A DNA stretch of 40,870 bases from a virus, in IMG/VR virus record IMGVR_UViG_2651869533_000044, positions 1-40,870 of that record. One strand, written 5' to 3'. Of the stretch, positions 23,439-32,985 are shown in pieces. The notes beneath the pieces were generated by a model. It did not search any database and had not been told where the DNA came from. It saw only the letters and a program-made list of their open reading frames with translations. The translations under genes were made by a program, and so were the position numbers. How positions within the stretch are numbered: position 1 is the first letter of the stretch; each line of letters begins with the position of its first letter.

Positions 23439-23804
23439 GATTTTACCTTGATTGTTAACTCTGGGATTTTGTTAACGGGATTGACTACTCTGTATAAGAT
23501 GGGTAGGCTTATCGCAAATATTGATGCTAAATTCTTGGCTGTAGATGTTAAATTTGATGTTATGGACAAGAAATTTGATGCAATAGATAGGAAATTCGAT
23601 GCAATAGATAAGAGATTTGATGCAATAGATAAGAGATTCGATGCAATAGCTTCAGATATCAAAGAAATAAAGGCTGATATACGTGTTCTGGATTCTAGAA
23701 TATCGAAGCTAGAAGTTCGTGTAGAAGAAAGGACTCTGAAAGTGGTTCACGTTCAGAAACCATATGTACAACAAATAGAAGAATCATTGGCAGCTAAGGA
23801 GTAG
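23439..23804 (+). CDS. membrane-anchored coiled-coil protein with six 7-aa tandem repeats ((K/R)FDAIDK)
   Basis: The start MDFTLIV is preferred because GGAG lies 9 nt upstream; the ORF track starts at 23394. N-terminal TM helix, then 21-bp tandem DNA repeats at about 23529-23654, then a coiled coil. Confidence 0.55.
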   Translation, partial: DFTLIVNSGILLTGLTTLYKMGRLIANIDAKFLAVDVKFDVMDKKFDAIDRKFDAIDKRFDAIDKRFDAIASDIKEIKADIRVLDSRISKLEVRVEERTLKVVHVQKPYVQQIEESLAAKE

Positions 23805-23810
23805 AAAATT

Positions 23811-24017
23811 ATGGAATTTAATCAAACACTAGCAATTATTACAGGCGTTCTTGGAGTGATCCTCGGAAATGCGGCTATCTTCATTCCGCTAATTTTGTGG
23901 TTCAGGGCAGAAGCTAACGCGGATCGCAGAGATATAGTGAATTTAATAATTTCTATGAAAGACGAATCTAAGGATTTTCACGGAAGACTTTGTGCTATCG
24001 AAGAAAGGAGAAAATAA
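23811..24017 (+). CDS. small membrane protein (68 aa), holin-like candidate
   Basis: N-terminal TM segment(s) LAIITGVLGVILGNAAIFIPLILWF, then a charged tail. It follows the previous plus-strand gene by 6 nt. Confidence 0.45.
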   Translation: MEFNQTLAIITGVLGVILGNAAIFIPLILWFRAEANADRRDIVNLIISMKDESKDFHGRLCAIEERRK

Positions 24018-24072
24018 TGGGTATGATAATTATTTGTATTTTAGGATATATAATATATCACACATTAGCTAG

Positions 24073-25620
24073 CTAGGGCTCAAGTCCTAGTTCTTCCCAA
24101 TCTATTTCTGAATATTCCTCCGGAAGATTGTCTCTGATATATTTTTGAAATTGCACTCCGACAGCTCTGGCTGCTGGCTCACTGCCAGATCTTATAGATC
24201 TCCCAAGATTTCGAACCAATGATTGAGCTGTTGGATTGGTAAGTATTAATGAAGAAACTTTTTTAAGGGTTCCTAAACTCATAACATTGGCTATAGATTT
24301 GCCTAGAGTTGGTGCACTTCCTGATACTACAGCTCCTAGTACATTCTGCAATTCTCCGGAATTTAAAAATGCATTGAATGCAGATGGACTTATTTCGCTT
24401 AGATTGTTTATATACCTTCCATATAAAGCATTTGTTGTCTGAAGATCTTGTGCAAGTTGAGGATCTGCGCTTTCAATGGCTTCGAGAAGAGGTTCTTTCA
24501 TCCGGCTAAGCAATGTCCTTCCCGCTCTCGTATCATTTACGTTTCTCCAAGTACCAATGAGCTGTCTAGAGTTTGATCCGCCGTTCTGTATATCTGTTAT
24601 TGTTTGCGTAATAAAATCTACATAACCTTGTTGTGTAGGTGATAAAGTGTGCGTGTTAGATCGAACATCATTGATTATCCCTTGCAACCTTTGTATTAAT
24701 GTTGTTTCTGCATTGGCTGAGATTGGAATAGAAGCAGATGCACGTGTTTGTAGTCCTTCGATAGCATTTCCTAGAGCCTGCTCAGTCTGTTGAAAAGCGG
24801 TTCTTGTCCCCGCACTTGCAGCAGCTAATGGTCCATGACGGCGTATTTGTGCGTTTGTAGCAAGTACAGGAGCTAATTCAGCATCCGACATACCCAGTTG
24901 TCTTGCACCATTATATAATTGTTGAGCTTCTGCTGGAGGAATATATCTTCCAGCGGCGACGGCCTGAATTGCTGACGTTAATGCTGGAACTGAAAGATTG
25001 GCAGCTAATTTCCATCCTTCTGACAAATCGGAAGCTTCAGTTGCTCCTGAAGTAGCTAATGAAGCCGCCTTAACAGCCGCAGATCCAGGGAGAAGCAATT
25101 GTGGAGCTGCTCGACCGATACCTTCTGCTCCTCGTTCTATTCGACCTCTTCCATGCTCTGGAAGTTCTGGATTTGTTTTCTTGAGCCGTTCGGTCTGTAT
25201 GTCTCGCGCTTGTTGATAAGTAGGAAGAATCTTGGGAAACTTTTCTCCTCCTTTTTTTACTAAATCTGGAATGAAGTTTGTTATAAAATCGTTTATATGC
25301 TCATCTTCTTCTGAAGGAATATTTCCAGATTCTAATTTTTGAGTAGCCCCTTTTTCGGATAATTTATTACTCACATATCTCCACAATTCGGCCACATTAG
25401 ATGGAAATGAATGTATTCCAGCTACTGCTTCCCTACCCAGAAGTAAAGGTGTGTTCTTTATCTGTTCTCCTATGGAAGGCGTTTCTTGTTTTATTGATTT
25501 TTTCGGTGAAGGTGTATCGAAAAAATCAATATCTATTTCAGATTCATTTGTAGCATTTGGAGGAACTCTGGATGGGATGTCGAAAAAATCAAGATCACTT
25601 TTTGAAGACTCTCGTTTCAT
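24073..25620 (-). CDS. internal virion / ejection-type protein (515 aa)
   Basis: Large Ala/Gln/Ser-rich ORF placed after the tubular proteins and before the fibres, as T7 gp15/16 are. No enzymatic motif recognised. Confidence 0.35.
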   Translation of the reverse strand: MKRESSKSDLDFFDIPSRVPPNATNESEIDIDFFDTPSPKKSIKQETPSIGEQIKNTPLLLGREAVAGIHSFPSNVAELWRYVSNKLSEKGATQKLESGNIPSEEDEHINDFITNFIPDLVKKGGEKFPKILPTYQQARDIQTERLKKTNPELPEHGRGRIERGAEGIGRAAPQLLLPGSAAVKAASLATSGATEASDLSEGWKLAANLSVPALTSAIQAVAAGRYIPPAEAQQLYNGARQLGMSDAELAPVLATNAQIRRHGPLAAASAGTRTAFQQTEQALGNAIEGLQTRASASIPISANAETTLIQRLQGIINDVRSNTHTLSPTQQGYVDFITQTITDIQNGGSNSRQLIGTWRNVNDTRAGRTLLSRMKEPLLEAIESADPQLAQDLQTTNALYGRYINNLSEISPSAFNAFLNSGELQNVLGAVVSGSAPTLGKSIANVMSLGTLKKVSSLILTNPTAQSLVRNLGRSIRSGSEPAARAVGVQFQKYIRDNLPEEYSEIDWEELGLEP

Positions 25621-25622
25621 AT

Positions 25623-26804
25623 TTACCCTTCGCTAGCTCTTAATCTAGTCGCTTCGTTGGGAATAGTATAACCTAATTTTTTTGCATAGTTTAATGCTTT
25701 CAATTTGTCATTCCCAAATTTCTCTAATAAGTAATCTTTTTTTTCTAAAGTAAGAGGAGTTCCTCTAGCTACAGGTTTTAGACTTTTTACTCCATTAGCT
25801 TTCTCATAGGCAACTCTTAGATCGTATGAAAGATCATCTGTTCGTTGTTCTTCGTAATCTCTTATAGATTCATGAGCTAGTTGGTCTATATTAGAAGGTA
25901 TAGGAATTCCTTTTGATTCGTAACGCTGAATTATATTGTCCCTAGCATCTAATAATTTTTCTTCTATATCTAGGTTGGCATTGGCGATATCGAAAAGAGC
26001 TTCATTAGATTCTGCCTTTTTACCCAGTGACGGAATTGCCGATCCTATTTGTTGTTCAATCCAAACGTTTGGTCGGCCTTTAATTTTAGAAAGATTGGAT
26101 ACCAAAACATCTTTCATTGCAGATTGAAGTTGTACACCGCTTTTATTTTTTAAAGGTTCGCCCCAAGGTCCAAGATTAGATGCCAACCAGTTTATGTCAA
26201 ATCCGCCAACATCTCCTTCTTCAGCTGCTTGTCGAGCTATCTTATAATCTAATCGCTGTCTATGAATGGACTCTCTTTTTCCAAGTGAGTCTTCTTGTAT
26301 TTTTTGAACTACATTAGATTGTCTCTCTATGTTTTTTAATTTCATAGAAGATTGATCTTTTAAATATTGTTTGTGCTCTGCATTAAATTCATCTCTTCTC
26401 TGATCCACAAATCTTTTAGCAACTTCTGATCCCTTTCCAGCTGCAATCTTTGATTCTGCCACCATAAGCGCTCTTTCATCTAAAACTGGAGCTCCAGACT
26501 GATTTCTGATTATGAATGGATTTGATGATTCTACAGGGGGTTGAGTTTGTGATCGAGATTGTCCATTAGCAGCCAAATTTAGCGCAGCGGGTTGATTAGA
26601 ATCCGATATGGATTCGTTAATATTTTCTGGAGATGCTGAGGAATTATTTTTTGCATAATATTGTTCTAAATACTTATCTGCCTCTGTAGTCGCTCTTCTT
26701 TTAGCAAGCCCCGTAGCTAATGCTCCGGCAGCATGTGCGATATAAGGGCTTAACTGCTCCAATGGACTAGGAACGTAAGGTAAAACTTGTACTTGCTGTG
26801 CCAT
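25623..26804 (-). CDS. internal virion-type protein (393 aa)
   Basis: The position and the helical, charged composition are the only evidence. Confidence 0.3.
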   Translation of the reverse strand: MAQQVQVLPYVPSPLEQLSPYIAHAAGALATGLAKRRATTEADKYLEQYYAKNNSSASPENINESISDSNQPAALNLAANGQSRSQTQPPVESSNPFIIRNQSGAPVLDERALMVAESKIAAGKGSEVAKRFVDQRRDEFNAEHKQYLKDQSSMKLKNIERQSNVVQKIQEDSLGKRESIHRQRLDYKIARQAAEEGDVGGFDINWLASNLGPWGEPLKNKSGVQLQSAMKDVLVSNLSKIKGRPNVWIEQQIGSAIPSLGKKAESNEALFDIANANLDIEEKLLDARDNIIQRYESKGIPIPSNIDQLAHESIRDYEEQRTDDLSYDLRVAYEKANGVKSLKPVARGTPLTLEKKDYLLEKFGNDKLKALNYAKKLGYTIPNEATRLRASEG

Positions 26805-27004
26805 TATTTGCCTCTTTTTTTAGGACCGAAGTCTGATAGGCCGGATAATCCTGGACGCGCTTGAATGTCCGTACCTAGTGCTCTGCTACTCCTAGATCTG
26901 GAAGGTGGATTCGCTTCTTTCTTGTTTACACGATCTTCATAATCTACAGGTTGATCCGGAGCTGGACCACGAAATTGACGTTGATTTACGGTGTTCTTAG
27001 CCAT
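26804..27004 (-). CDS. hypothetical basic protein (66 aa)
   Basis: ORF with 1-nt start/stop overlaps on both sides. Confidence 0.45.
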   Translation of the reverse strand: MAKNTVNQRQFRGPAPDQPVDYEDRVNKKEANPPSRSRSSRALGTDIQARPGLSGLSDFGPKKRGK

Positions 27005-27501
27005 TAGGTTTTAAATCCCCCGGAAGCCCATCCACTTGCTGCTTGTCCTCCTGCTCCCAATACGCTTTGTAGAATGCTTTGGAAGGTAGAAGGTTGTGTT
27101 TGCAAATAAGCTTGTCTTGGTTGTGCGCCTATTTGAGATTGATTAATTCCTAGACTTCCTAAACCCTGGGCTGCTGATTGCTGCATCTGAGCTAACTGTG
27201 AGGCTAATCCTGTGTTTAAATCTGCCGCTCCTGCTGCTAATGCATTATTTAGAGAGCTGGAACCTTTATTGCCTCTTCCAAAAGCATTCAATATTGAGGG
27301 AATTGTATTTTGCTGGAAGTTCTTGTTTGCTTGGTTTGTGATAGCTTGGCCGCCTCCTCCACCAGGAAGAAATTGTCTAAATCCTTCCGCGGCCGCTTCT
27401 GTATTGCTAGAAGCTTGACCTAAAATTTGCTGTAAGAAGTTATTAACATCGCCACTGAAGATGTCTTTTTGAGTATAGCCTCCGCCCTTACTTTGACCCA
27501 T
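27004..27501 (-). CDS. Gly/Gln/Ala-rich virion-module protein (165 aa)
   Basis: Low-complexity GQ-rich ORF in the structural operon. Confidence 0.35.
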   Translation of the reverse strand: MGQSKGGGYTQKDIFSGDVNNFLQQILGQASSNTEAAAEGFRQFLPGGGGGQAITNQANKNFQQNTIPSILNAFGRGNKGSSSLNNALAAGAADLNTGLASQLAQMQQSAAQGLGSLGINQSQIGAQPRQAYLQTQPSTFQSILQSVLGAGGQAASGWASGGFKT

Positions 27502-27518
27502 ATTTCACCTGTTAACTT

Positions 27519-27974
27519 TTAATTAGAATTATACTCTAAAAGAGATATCTTCGATCTTTTAAACCCTTTCTTAAGAAAGAACTTCTCGTTAGTGGTTGCC
27601 CAAAGAACTCTTGGGGATTTAGTTTGCTTTCGAAGTACTTCTAGAAATTCAATCGCTTTGTCTATGCCAGCACCTTTACCCCAATATTCCTTTGAGATAG
27701 AGAAGGTATTTATAAATAGGCTATTGTCCAAAATGTTGAGTTCTGCCCACAAATAACCTTGAATCTTCTTGTCATCATCTACCAGCACATATAGGAAGTT
27801 GCTGGGATTGTCGATCTGCATCTCTTGATACATATAGAATTGCTCTGGAGAAAAGGTGCGTCCTTTCACCGCGTCGATTAACAAGGAGGGGATTAATCGG
27901 GGTATTTTCAGACGCACAAACTTAAGGGCGCTAGGTGATTTTTTCTCTGGTAAAACCGTCTCTTGAGTAGTCAT
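27519..27974 (-). CDS. GNAT-family N-acetyltransferase
   Basis: 151 aa. GYLWAEL...FSISKEYWGKGAGIDKAIEFLEVL fits GNAT motif A (Q/R-x-x-G-x-G/A) and its beta4-alpha3 context. Confidence 0.6.
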   Translation of the reverse strand: MTTQETVLPEKKSPSALKFVRLKIPRLIPSLLIDAVKGRTFSPEQFYMYQEMQIDNPSNFLYVLVDDDKKIQGYLWAELNILDNSLFINTFSISKEYWGKGAGIDKAIEFLEVLRKQTKSPRVLWATTNEKFFLKKGFKRSKISLLEYNSN

Positions 27975-27980
27975 ATGCTC

Positions 27981-28415
27981 CTATTGAGTTCCGATGATTC
28001 TAATATTAAAACTTCCAGTCGTATTTTCTACGGAATGCGCAATCTGATAGTTGGTGGTAGTGCTAGTAATGGTCAATGTAGCTCCTGAAAATGGAGAATC
28101 TGTACCAGCTTGAAAAGTGAGTTCCTCTACTGTGCCTGCCGCTGCATTAGATGCTTTTGATAGGGCTGCTACAAGGCAAGGTAGCCCGGTAGTCACTCCA
28201 GAAACACAAACGATGTATGAGCCAAATGTGGGTAAATTAAGGATGTTTGTGGCTGTGTAAGTAATAGCCATTGGTGTGTAGATCCAATCTTTTTGATTCA
28301 CTGAATAAGCTATCTTCTTATAGAGATCTGTAAAATAAGCAATGAATAGAGAGTCGTCTTCTGGAACTACTGTATTTTGAGGCAAAAAAGGTCGTATTAC
28401 TGTAGGGAATGTCAT
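27981..28415 (-). CDS. hypothetical virion-module protein (144 aa from MTFPTVI; the ORF track extends to 28448)
   Basis: The ATG at 28415 forms an ATGA overlap with the stop of the upstream gene (28412-28414). Confidence 0.45.
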   Translation of the reverse strand: MTFPTVIRPFLPQNTVVPEDDSLFIAYFTDLYKKIAYSVNQKDWIYTPMAITYTATNILNLPTFGSYIVCVSGVTTGLPCLVAALSKASNAAAGTVEELTFQAGTDSPFSGATLTITSTTTNYQIAHSVENTTGSFNIRIIGTQ

Positions 28416-30604
28416 GGTCCAGTTAGCCTTCCTGCGGGCCTTACCCAAAGAACGAATCCGAGAAACTGCATGGCTGCATTCTTGTCAGGATCTATCTCCA
28501 TCCTAATAAACTGTCCAATAAGATTTGCATAAATTCTCTTGAATGCGTATTGGCTATTTGTAGGGCCGTCTAAAGTTAAGGTTTTTGTTATCGCATAAGA
28601 ATCGCTATTATCAACGAAGAATAATAGAGTCACTGTCACAGGGTCTAGGGAATAGTTTGATACTACCTGGTAATATATATCTATGTATCCAAATTGTATC
28701 TTTTGTCCTGAGTCTATAAGAGGATTCCATCTTGTGGATACTATATCTAAGTCAATGGCAGTTCCAGATATATAGTTTGCTGTGATGGGCGTGTCTTCAG
28801 CAACAGCCGACGCAAATGTAAGATAGAAAAATCCGGTTGAGTAGTCTATAGACCCGGTTCCTCCTAAACTTCCTGTAAGAATGCCTTCTTCATCGCTTAA
28901 AAAAGTCTCTACAGAATCTGTTGCTGTGAATGTTCCATAAAGAATTGGTATGTTAGCTGTGGCCCCAGTGTAGGTAGCTCCCCCATCTCCAGTAGCAATT
29001 ACTTCTGCATCTACATTTATCTGCCCATCTGAAATAGTTTGTGGATCATCCAGATACCAAACATTACCTACAGTATCTCCAGAAAGAAGAATTGGAGAAG
29101 AGCTTTGAGATGCATAAGAGCTCCAAGTAAATTCCGCTTCGGACCATGGTATATCAAGATCTGCCCAAGTCGTTCCGGATATCTTGTAAAATAGACCTAG
29201 GCAAGTCATGTAGTCTTCGAATTCGTAAGTAGCCCAGGTATTTTCAATAAAATTATATATCAAAGCTCTATCAGACCCAGGAGCTACAGAATCGATTAGA
29301 TCTAATGGATTAGATGTAGATACATATAACATCCAGGTTTGATTTAAATTGTCATATCTCTGAGAAAATGTCTGACTGTAATATTCCTCAGAAAATTGAG
29401 TCTCATAGTAATCTATAATTGGAAGATCGTATCTCTGTACGTTTACTGCATCGCAAGAGAGAAGTCCTGTATTTCCTCCGGTTGTCGCTCTTTCATCATA
29501 TGCAACGGTTCCGTAGGGTGTATTTGTGCTCTTAGATGCGCTTATTCTTTCGAAAATGAATGGATTGTATTGGTCTCCTGTATATCGGAATCTCCATATG
29601 CTGTTCGTGAAGAATACTATAAGAACGTCTCTTACAAATTCAGTAGAAATTATAAAGTCACCTGTTGATGCGGCAAGAAAACCTCCGCTTCCGGTGATCT
29701 GAATGAAATTGAATGGATCAAACTCCGCGCTCCAATAAATAGACTGTCCCTGAATCCCGTTTACACTCAATGTAGGCTGTATAATAAGAAGTCTATTTTG
29801 ATATATTTTTACATCCAAAGCAGTTGTTATATATTCGTATTTAGATCCAGATGTTGAATTTATTAGAAATTGAGGTCTTTGTATATCTGTTCCGTCGAAA
29901 GTTGTTATAGGATCTATATTGTTGGTCATATATATATATGACGCAGCACCTACGATAGCCTGCCAATTACACCAGTTAAAGAAGTTTTTTATAGTTCCGG
30001 TGAAGTAGTTTCCGCTGGTACTGGCGTTTATCGACAAAGACACGTTATCAGTAGATCCTGTAAAATTCAGGGTTGCTATTCCAGTAGTCAGGTTTATTGT
30101 TCCTCCAGAGGCAAAGATTCCTCCATCGGTAAGATTCCCAGAAATGTCAGAGGTTAGTACTGTTGTTCCATCGGTAATATTTATCGAAGAATACACAAGA
30201 TTTTGAAAGAAAGTAGGGATTACCAATGTTCCCGTAGCGGTTCCTTTCCAAAATACTATCGACTGTATTATTGGAGAAGAACCTGAGTATTCAACTATAT
30301 CGGTCAATGCATCAAACTCATTAGATCCAGAGTTGTATAGGTATAGATTTTGAGTTGACGCTGCTAGTAGAGATACGGCTCCGGTCTGTTCATCTTGATA
30401 CTGAATTAGTCCCATCACAGGATTTGTATCAGAAAGAGTACTTCCAAACTGCGAGTATCCATTGCGCTTGCTTATCACTCCCCTATAAACATACCCATTA
30501 ATAAGTGGTTCAAATGCATCTGCAGGTCTTATCCATGGTTGCAGGTAGTTATTCGTTCCTGTCTTGAATTCCTTGATGGCATATGGTTGGTAAGCAGTAC
30601 TCAT
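28412..30604 (-). CDS. tail tubular protein B / nozzle (T7 gp12-like)
   Basis: 730 aa from MSTAYQPY; the ATG at 30604 forms an ATGA overlap with the upstream stop. The N-terminus TGTNNYLQPWIRPADAFEPLINGYVYRGVISKRNGYSQFG parallels the gp12 N-terminal pattern (..QQP..LR....N.....G..KRPG). Confidence 0.55.
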   Translation of the reverse strand: MSTAYQPYAIKEFKTGTNNYLQPWIRPADAFEPLINGYVYRGVISKRNGYSQFGSTLSDTNPVMGLIQYQDEQTGAVSLLAASTQNLYLYNSGSNEFDALTDIVEYSGSSPIIQSIVFWKGTATGTLVIPTFFQNLVYSSINITDGTTVLTSDISGNLTDGGIFASGGTINLTTGIATLNFTGSTDNVSLSINASTSGNYFTGTIKNFFNWCNWQAIVGAASYIYMTNNIDPITTFDGTDIQRPQFLINSTSGSKYEYITTALDVKIYQNRLLIIQPTLSVNGIQGQSIYWSAEFDPFNFIQITGSGGFLAASTGDFIISTEFVRDVLIVFFTNSIWRFRYTGDQYNPFIFERISASKSTNTPYGTVAYDERATTGGNTGLLSCDAVNVQRYDLPIIDYYETQFSEEYYSQTFSQRYDNLNQTWMLYVSTSNPLDLIDSVAPGSDRALIYNFIENTWATYEFEDYMTCLGLFYKISGTTWADLDIPWSEAEFTWSSYASQSSSPILLSGDTVGNVWYLDDPQTISDGQINVDAEVIATGDGGATYTGATANIPILYGTFTATDSVETFLSDEEGILTGSLGGTGSIDYSTGFFYLTFASAVAEDTPITANYISGTAIDLDIVSTRWNPLIDSGQKIQFGYIDIYYQVVSNYSLDPVTVTLLFFVDNSDSYAITKTLTLDGPTNSQYAFKRIYANLIGQFIRMEIDPDKNAAMQFLGFVLWVRPAGRLTGP

Positions 30605-31215
30605 GATTGCAGCACCGCGAAACAACCTCCTGTAGGATCTGCTAGTGCCGAAGTTGCATAGAAATACAAAGTAAAGGACGTTGTGCTAGATGGTGAAAAA
30701 TTTAATATATTTGCTCTACCTATACCTGAAAAATTATATGTACTTCCAATAACCCCATATACAGCGCTAGTTAATGCAGAAGACATTGTTACTGTCCATT
30801 GACCTGCTGAAACACGAGTCATTGATTCAATATTGTAAGAATCTAAAATTGCAGCTGTAGTACCGGATATAGTAAAATACGCCCAAGCTTTTACAGCACT
30901 CAATATAGCTACAGATGTAGACCCAGAGTCACCGCTCTTGTATACGGCTTGAGTTGTTGTAGAAAAAGTATTTGTCTGACTTGTGTAATAAGTTCCTTGA
31001 CCTGTCGCAGGAACTACCGTGCTAAGAGATGCTTGATTGGGCATTGTAGCTTGTTTGTGGTATCCGCTAGGACTTCCAGTTGTACTTCCAGTTACTAAAT
31101 CGGTATGTTCAATATTAAACTGAGTATTAAGCTGAGTGAAGTTAGCTAATATTGCGGATTGACTAACACTAATCAAATTGTAAGATTGTGGTATTAATGG
31201 ATTGTATGCTGTCAT
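30601..31215 (-). CDS. tail tubular protein A-like / virion protein (204 aa)
   Basis: Assigned by position immediately upstream of the gp12-like gene and by gp11-like size. Ser/Thr-rich. Confidence 0.35.
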   Translation of the reverse strand: MTAYNPLIPQSYNLISVSQSAILANFTQLNTQFNIEHTDLVTGSTTGSPSGYHKQATMPNQASLSTVVPATGQGTYYTSQTNTFSTTTQAVYKSGDSGSTSVAILSAVKAWAYFTISGTTAAILDSYNIESMTRVSAGQWTVTMSSALTSAVYGVIGSTYNFSGIGRANILNFSPSSTTSFTLYFYATSALADPTGGCFAVLQS

Positions 31216-31233
31216 CTATCTCCTTATATTTTT

Positions 31234-32112
31234 CTAGAAACGAGGAACCCCTTGCATGGGGGTATACTGTTGTATAGTGCGACTAAGAGCCACATTCTCT
31301 TGCCTCTTAAGCAACGGATAATAGCGGTCATAGTTCTCTGTATCGCCTCTATCAGCAAAGATCTCCAGTGAAGCTCCATACGCTATCAATGGACCCCACT
31401 CGGGTTGGACCGGTGTGGTGTTTGTGCTTGATAAGACTGACGGGATGGTGAATCCCTGCATTCGGATCTGGTAAACCTGATCTGGAACTGGCATCAGTGT
31501 GAATTCATTCTCAAAGAATAAAACACCTTGAGGTCTATTCTCTTGGCAAGCTTGATACTTATCGTAGATTGTGGCCGCAGAGCTAGGAGCTGTTGTAAAG
31601 GTGGCTGAAAAAGCTCCTGTGGAATAGGTAATAGTTCCACTTCCATCTCCCGCTAGGACACCTGAACCGTCATCTTGAAGAACCTGGGTTCCATCTGTAA
31701 TGAAGTAGCTTCCAGGTATGATTGGATACCCTTGAGTAGTACTAGCAAAGGTTGTAGTAGTTCCGTCTCCAGTTGCTACAGAATCAACATTATATTGCTG
31801 AGGCCAATCTTGGTAGAATATGTCTGGATCTTCATAGAATATAAGAGGGAAACCGTCGGCATATGCTCCAGGGGAGTCTGTCCAATAACCGCTAGGAAAC
31901 GAATAGACGTTCTGACCAGCTGTAGTTTTAAAGTCCAGAAATGCATTCTGAATCTGGACTTTTAGCTCTTGAGGCATCCCATAAACATAATAATCGTTTA
32001 TGTAGGCATTTACCGTGTCATCACTCATCTGATCGGTACTTGGAGCTCCAACAACGTTTCGAACTTTTATATTGATGTTACTAAGAGTCCATCCAGAGGT
32101 TGTGATCGACAT
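31234..32112 (-). CDS. virion protein, possible head-tail adaptor (292 aa)
   Basis: Assigned by position between the capsid/decoration genes and the tubular genes. No specific motif recognised. Confidence 0.3.
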   Translation of the reverse strand: MSITTSGWTLSNINIKVRNVVGAPSTDQMSDDTVNAYINDYYVYGMPQELKVQIQNAFLDFKTTAGQNVYSFPSGYWTDSPGAYADGFPLIFYEDPDIFYQDWPQQYNVDSVATGDGTTTTFASTTQGYPIIPGSYFITDGTQVLQDDGSGVLAGDGSGTITYSTGAFSATFTTAPSSAATIYDKYQACQENRPQGVLFFENEFTLMPVPDQVYQIRMQGFTIPSVLSSTNTTPVQPEWGPLIAYGASLEIFADRGDTENYDRYYPLLKRQENVALSRTIQQYTPMQGVPRF

Positions 32113-32119
32113 GAATTAC

Positions 32120-32527
32120 CTAAGCTGCTTTGTTTTTAGGAGGATTACGGAATTGAAAGATGTACTTGTATCCGCAGATGTAATGCTCTTGGAACCCTGC
32201 AAAGTTCTTTCTGTATGCGTACTGAGGTTCTTTACAGCTCTCTAGGTGTTCGATCACCTCTTCAGGCAACATATAGTCCGCTCCATGCAAAAGCTTATAA
32301 AGCTTCAATGGGTGCGTTGCGCTTGAGTAATGGAAGTCTAGAGCTACTCCTGCATCGCGACCGTTAAGGAAAGTTACGTTGCGATACGCTGGGATGTGCT
32401 TAGCGAGTACAATCTCATCTAATTTTGGGGCTGCTTCTTCGAATCCTTCTGGATTTTGCTTCAGAATGTTCTCAGTAATTACCTTCTCCTTCTGATCGCT
32501 CAGACGGCGATATTTGGGCCTTGCCAT
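32120..32527 (-). CDS. hypothetical protein (135 aa from MARPKYRRL; the ORF track gives a GTG start at 32560)
   Basis: AAGGAA lies 5 nt upstream of the ATG at 32527. This start avoids overlap with the upstream gene. Confidence 0.45.
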   Translation of the reverse strand: MARPKYRRLSDQKEKVITENILKQNPEGFEEAAPKLDEIVLAKHIPAYRNVTFLNGRDAGVALDFHYSSATHPLKLYKLLHGADYMLPEEVIEHLESCKEPQYAYRKNFAGFQEHYICGYKYIFQFRNPPKNKAA

Positions 32528-32541
32528 ATGTATTCCTTTAG

Positions 32542-32907
32542 TTATAAAATGTTTTGCCACGGCGTATTGAATGTCTGTGAACCTACCGTTTGTGTTGGTG
32601 GCTGACCTGTGTCTATGCAGATTACGCCGCCGCTGACGTAAGCTGGAAAATTTGTACTATTGATGTCCACTGTGAAGGTGTCGGTGTCTGTATCGACTGC
32701 TGTGATTAAAGTGGTGATTCCGTTTATTGGAAGCATTCCTAAGACTTGCTTGAAGGTAACGCTTGTAACGCCCACATCTAAGGCGGTGAATGGATAAGCT
32801 GTACAGGTGACTACTGACCTGGAATTGTTCGTAATGCCTGTTATAGCGTATACGGTCTCTAGGAACTCGTTGGGAGAAGGATATGTGACAGAAGGGGGAT
32901 TTCCCAT
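32542..32907 (-). CDS. small capsid-decoration/fibre-type protein, paralogous to the central domain of ORF 32986-33750
   Basis: 121 aa. FTALDVGVTSVTFKQVLGMLPINGITTLITAVDTDTDTFTVDINSTNFPAYVSGGVICI aligns by eye with FTSNDIGVTVVSFHNVVGMTQINTLSGVVQSITSTTSFTVNINTTSFTAYSSGGIANI. Confidence 0.45.
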   Translation of the reverse strand: MGNPPSVTYPSPNEFLETVYAITGITNNSRSVVTCTAYPFTALDVGVTSVTFKQVLGMLPINGITTLITAVDTDTDTFTVDINSTNFPAYVSGGVICIDTGQPPTQTVGSQTFNTPWQNIL

Positions 32908-32930
32908 AAGTCCTCTTTAAGTAGCTCGCT

Positions 32931-32978
32931 AGGGGGTTTTTTAGACCCCCTGGCGATGAACGGACCTAATTTCCGTTC
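32931..32978 (-). promoter_or_regulatory. two tandem intergenic hairpins after the capsid/decoration genes (attenuator or RNA-stability element)
   Basis: AGGGGGT-7 nt-ACCCCCT (32931-32951) and GAACGGA-7 nt-TCCGTTC (32958-32978). No U-run follows either, so they are not classical terminators. Confidence 0.3.
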
Positions 32979-32985
32979 CTATTTC

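Noticed and set aside
23390-23662. 90-aa minus-strand ORF with ASNLLSI repeats
   Set aside because: It is the antisense translation of the 21-bp tandem repeats of the plus-strand coiled-coil gene, which has a TM helix, a ribosome-binding site and a downstream partner gene.
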